DNA of 64,000 nucleotides from Trichoplax adhaerens (taxonomy: Eukaryota > Animalia > Placozoa): contig NW_002060947.1 of NCBI RefSeq assembly GCF_000150275.1, forward strand, positions 914,695 to 978,694, written 5' to 3'. Below, piece after piece: positions 60,701 to 64,000 of the stretch. The notes below the pieces were generated by a model, which saw only the letters and a list, made by a program, of their open reading frames with translations, had not been told where the DNA came from and made no database searches. Within the stretch, counting starts at the first letter, position 1, and each line of letters starts with the position of its first letter. The position numbers and the translations under genes were made by a program.

Positions 60701-62750
60701 CCGGTGCTGTGCCTCCTTTGATTGCATTGCTTTCACATGATGATGATGATGTCAAGCAAAATGTATGTATAACCGTAAAGTGTAGATATTTTTGAAATTG
60801 AACTTCAGTTTGAAAATCTATAAAAATAATGTTTACTATTCCGCTTTGGTGTAGTGTTTGTGGACCATAGGAAGTATCGCAGAAGATTGTGCTAAATACA
60901 GGAGCGATTTATTAGCTCAGAATATTTTGCCCCCGCTATCTCAGTAAGGATTCTGTGAATCGAGTGTCTTGACAGTACTTCTGTACAAACTTGTGAAATA
61001 ACAGTGCTCTAGCATTTTAAGCGTTTCACTTGACGATAGTACAGAAGTTTTTTTCTTCGAGGCTTGTCTTATTAAAATTCTGTAAATAAAAATTTTTCCA
61101 AGCGGAACAATCTAGTAATCCGTTAATTATGAATTATTTAAAGGATTCTTGAAAATGAGATGGCAAACCAAGAATTGTTAACTTATGGCGCATGGGCTTT
61201 CCGCTGTCTTTGTTATAAAAGGATAGCGCGTTCAGATAAACACGTTGTAAGTCATAATGAATCAACATAAGATGGAAAAATTAATATCGAAAATCATTTT
61301 TTAAACTTAAATATAAACCTTGTTTCTTGAACTTCTTCAAAGATACCTGCCGTAATCCCCATGGTTTGGCAGCTTCTTCAGTCTGAAAACATTTGCATTC
61401 TTAGTCATGTAACATGGTGTGTTGCGCGGCTGACCGATCCTACAAATGGAGCGATAGTCGATGAGCTTATAAACGTTGATCTATGCAAACGACTGATAGA
61501 GTTGATCCCGTAAGAATTACGTCATATTTCTGTACTTGATCTAGGCTATGGTAGTTATATGATAGATCCTTGCTTAAATATTTAGGCATCGGTATACTCC
61601 TCTGGTGAAGCCAGTAATGTTAGCAATTTCTAACATCATATCTCGTGGCCCAGTGCAAAGAAAGGTATTTACACGACCTTGTTTTTAATCGATTCGTGCA
61701 GTACGATTAGGGCATAACCACCCGTATCCAAAAATTGTCTACTTTAGATGCTAGTTGATTGTTCACCTTGGCAAAATATGGCTGTCTTTACTGACTATTT
61801 ACGATGCGACAACAACATTTTGATGGTTTTATGTAAAGTCGCATGGAAACTGATGTCTGATAAGGAGCAAATCCAGGTCATTAGAGCGTTGCGATAATAA
61901 ATATAATCTGTATCTTTGTTACTGTTATGAAAAGTGCGTTTTATTCTAAACCAAATGTATATTTTTAAACGATTGAAATGCAACAGTCCGCTATCGATTC
62001 CCAAATTCTGCCTAACTTGATCAGAATTGTACGCAAGAGAAGAGGCAGGAAACTACCTAACGAATTAGTAATGCTTATTGCCGATGCTGTTTTGGGTTCT
62101 GATGATCAACAGATATGGTAAGAAATTACTATCAAAAAAAATCTCTTCGTTAGGTACTAATATGGCCACTATTGTAGGTATATTGCTGATCAAAAGGCTG
62201 TCAGAGCTTTCTGTCTTACGTTGCCCAAAATATCAGATACGGACACGCTTCATGACGTTATTTCTGCACTACAAAGTATTTTGCGAGTTGGTGAGGATGT
62301 TAGGAAATTGGAAAATCAGTATGAAAATGCGTATGCTGCTGAATTTAAAGCTAAAGGTTGGTTTTAAAATTTCTGTCACTCTAAATAGTATTTTTAGTGA
62401 TAGCACTTAAGCATGTAATCAAAATATCTATGACGTGAGAGATTTTTGGCTGTATCACATTTAATGATTAAAAAGCCTTAGATATGTAGTGGAAGTGGGA
62501 TTTTAGTAGTTTTTCAAAGATATGTCTCAATTAAACTAGCTTCTTTTTTATTTTGCGAAAAGACGTTGAGTTTATGCAATCATTGGTTCAACATCAAGAT
62601 AAAGCTATTAGCAGGAAAGCACGTAGTATCATGTCTAAACATTTTCGCCAAAAGAGGAAAAGAACAAAACAGCAACCACAACAGCCACAGCAAGAACCAA
62701 AACAAGAGCAACAGGAAGGACAACAGGAAGAGCAACAACAAGAAGCTTAA
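57777..62750 (+). CDS. Divergent importin-alpha (karyopherin alpha)-like ARM-repeat protein, ~520 aa
   Basis: Phase-consistent exons: 57777-57845 (tentative first exon), 60046-60151, 60440-60762, 60855-60943, 61144-61246, 61343-61509, 61586-61664, 61748-61876, 61987-62117, 62178-62356, 62563-62750. Importin-alpha-like segments: TKAVVQAGAVPPLIALL, WTIGSIAED...RSDLLAQNILPPL, WCVARLTD...DLCKRLIELI, ALQSILRVGE, LVQHQDKAISRKARSIMSKHF. Q/E-rich tail. Confidence 0.82.
58965..59113. repeat. Mixed-orientation pentamer cluster in the putative first intron
   Basis: CACTGTACAGTACAATACCGTACAG, CAGTACTGTA and TACAGTACGTACTGTACGGTA. Confidence 0.8.
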
Positions 62751-64000
62751 TATCTAAGAAATAGAACAATAACCATTGATGTCGATTTTAGCAATATTGA
62801 ACAGTATTTTACGATAATATATTAGTACATTTCGATGCCGTTAGACCTCACAGCACGGAATTGCCATACATTATAGATGGCTACGGTTTCTCTTGATTAT
62901 GACTTTTAAATATTCATTCATCTTTATCAGTTAACACGCTAATCCAGTAGCTTATGTAACATGTCCTTGTTTATGTATAATTGTCAAATTGATGTAGAAT
63001 ATCATCAAACAAAAGTGGTTGTCATAAAAGCCTGGGGTGGACCCTTTTTATAGATTTTATTTCAACTACTATTAATTTCTTTAATGGAAATCATTAGTAA
63101 TTGTACTGTACTACTCGTGTAAAGAATCCCATGTCAGGAAACCGGCTAGACATGTAATGCATAAACGCTAAAATATATTTTATTCAGTTCCGAATGTTTG
63201 TAATAATGTAGTTGATGCTAGATGTGATTTTAAGCCACCACAATTTGTGCATTGGGCAATGTGAGATTAGAATCCAATACAGTACAGTATTACAGTTAAA
63301 TATTAATTAGTTAGAAGGTATACGCCTAATTAAGTAGATTAATTTATTATTTTAATTAAGTTGACTGTAAGGAATCGTAGGGCGACAAACGTAGATCTAC
63401 ATGATGGTTGCAGAATGAAGATGTTGCAATTAACTTGATCACACTATTTTAAAGCAAAGTCATGAGTCTCTTGTTCGTTAAGGTTTATTAATTAACTATT
63501 AAAGCTATAAGAAATCGATCGATGTTGTGTCGAATGTATATTTCCATTTCGCTATTTGGAAGATTGTGATGGCCATTAAAGTGACTGAGTGCACAATCTA
63601 TCTATGGAATACAAGCCTAAATACGTGCATGCCCTACGCAGTAAACCGTAGATCGTATTTTATGCAGAAGCAGCCTACTGTTAGATAGCACATCTTAAAT
63701 ACTGTATTTAACGAAAAATTTGTAGTATTGCTTAAATACGTAATTATTGGCATTAGAAATTTCTGATATACTTTATTGAAAGAACTGGTAGTTTTCGTAA
63801 AATCCTAGCATTACAAGAGTAATAGCAAGCACTGATAGCCGCATGCATATTACAATGCTATGTAATGTTTAGCGTCGTTATACTGTAATTTACTGGTCAA
63901 GAGCGTTGTGATAGTTTTGCCTGCACACAATGTTACGCTGCATTGCTAAAAGCAAGTTATTGTACTATACTATAAATCCCTAGTCACATTTAGCTATTTA

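Overview
AT-rich eukaryotic (animal) genomic DNA with short GT-AG introns. Base composition, compact introns and abundant (CAGTA)n tracts suggest a placozoan such as Trichoplax; this is an inference. All genes found are on the + strand. (1) 0.4-16.3 kb: three tandem 8-exon 4-coumarate:CoA-ligase/firefly-luciferase-like (ANL superfamily) adenylating-enzyme genes. Copy A has a single nonsense codon in the P-loop and a 1.4-kb Helitron-like insert in intron 1, copy B is a decayed pseudogene, and copy C is intact. (2) 18-55 kb: nine tandem cytochrome P450s of CYP3-clan type with intronless coding regions (eight intact, one with three frameshifts), plus a probable remnant of a tenth. (3) 57.8-62.8 kb: a strongly divergent importin-alpha-like ARM gene with no recognisable IBB domain and a degenerate NLS-binding groove. 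Two signals stand out. First, the acyl-activation + P450 array looks like an animal metabolic gene cluster. Second, paralogue alignments inside the window show 5-bp CAGTA/CTGTA/CCGTA units inserted at TA dinucleotides. This is the geometry of Tc1/mariner excision footprints, so the (CAGTA)n 'microsatellite' may be built from stacked transposon footprints.
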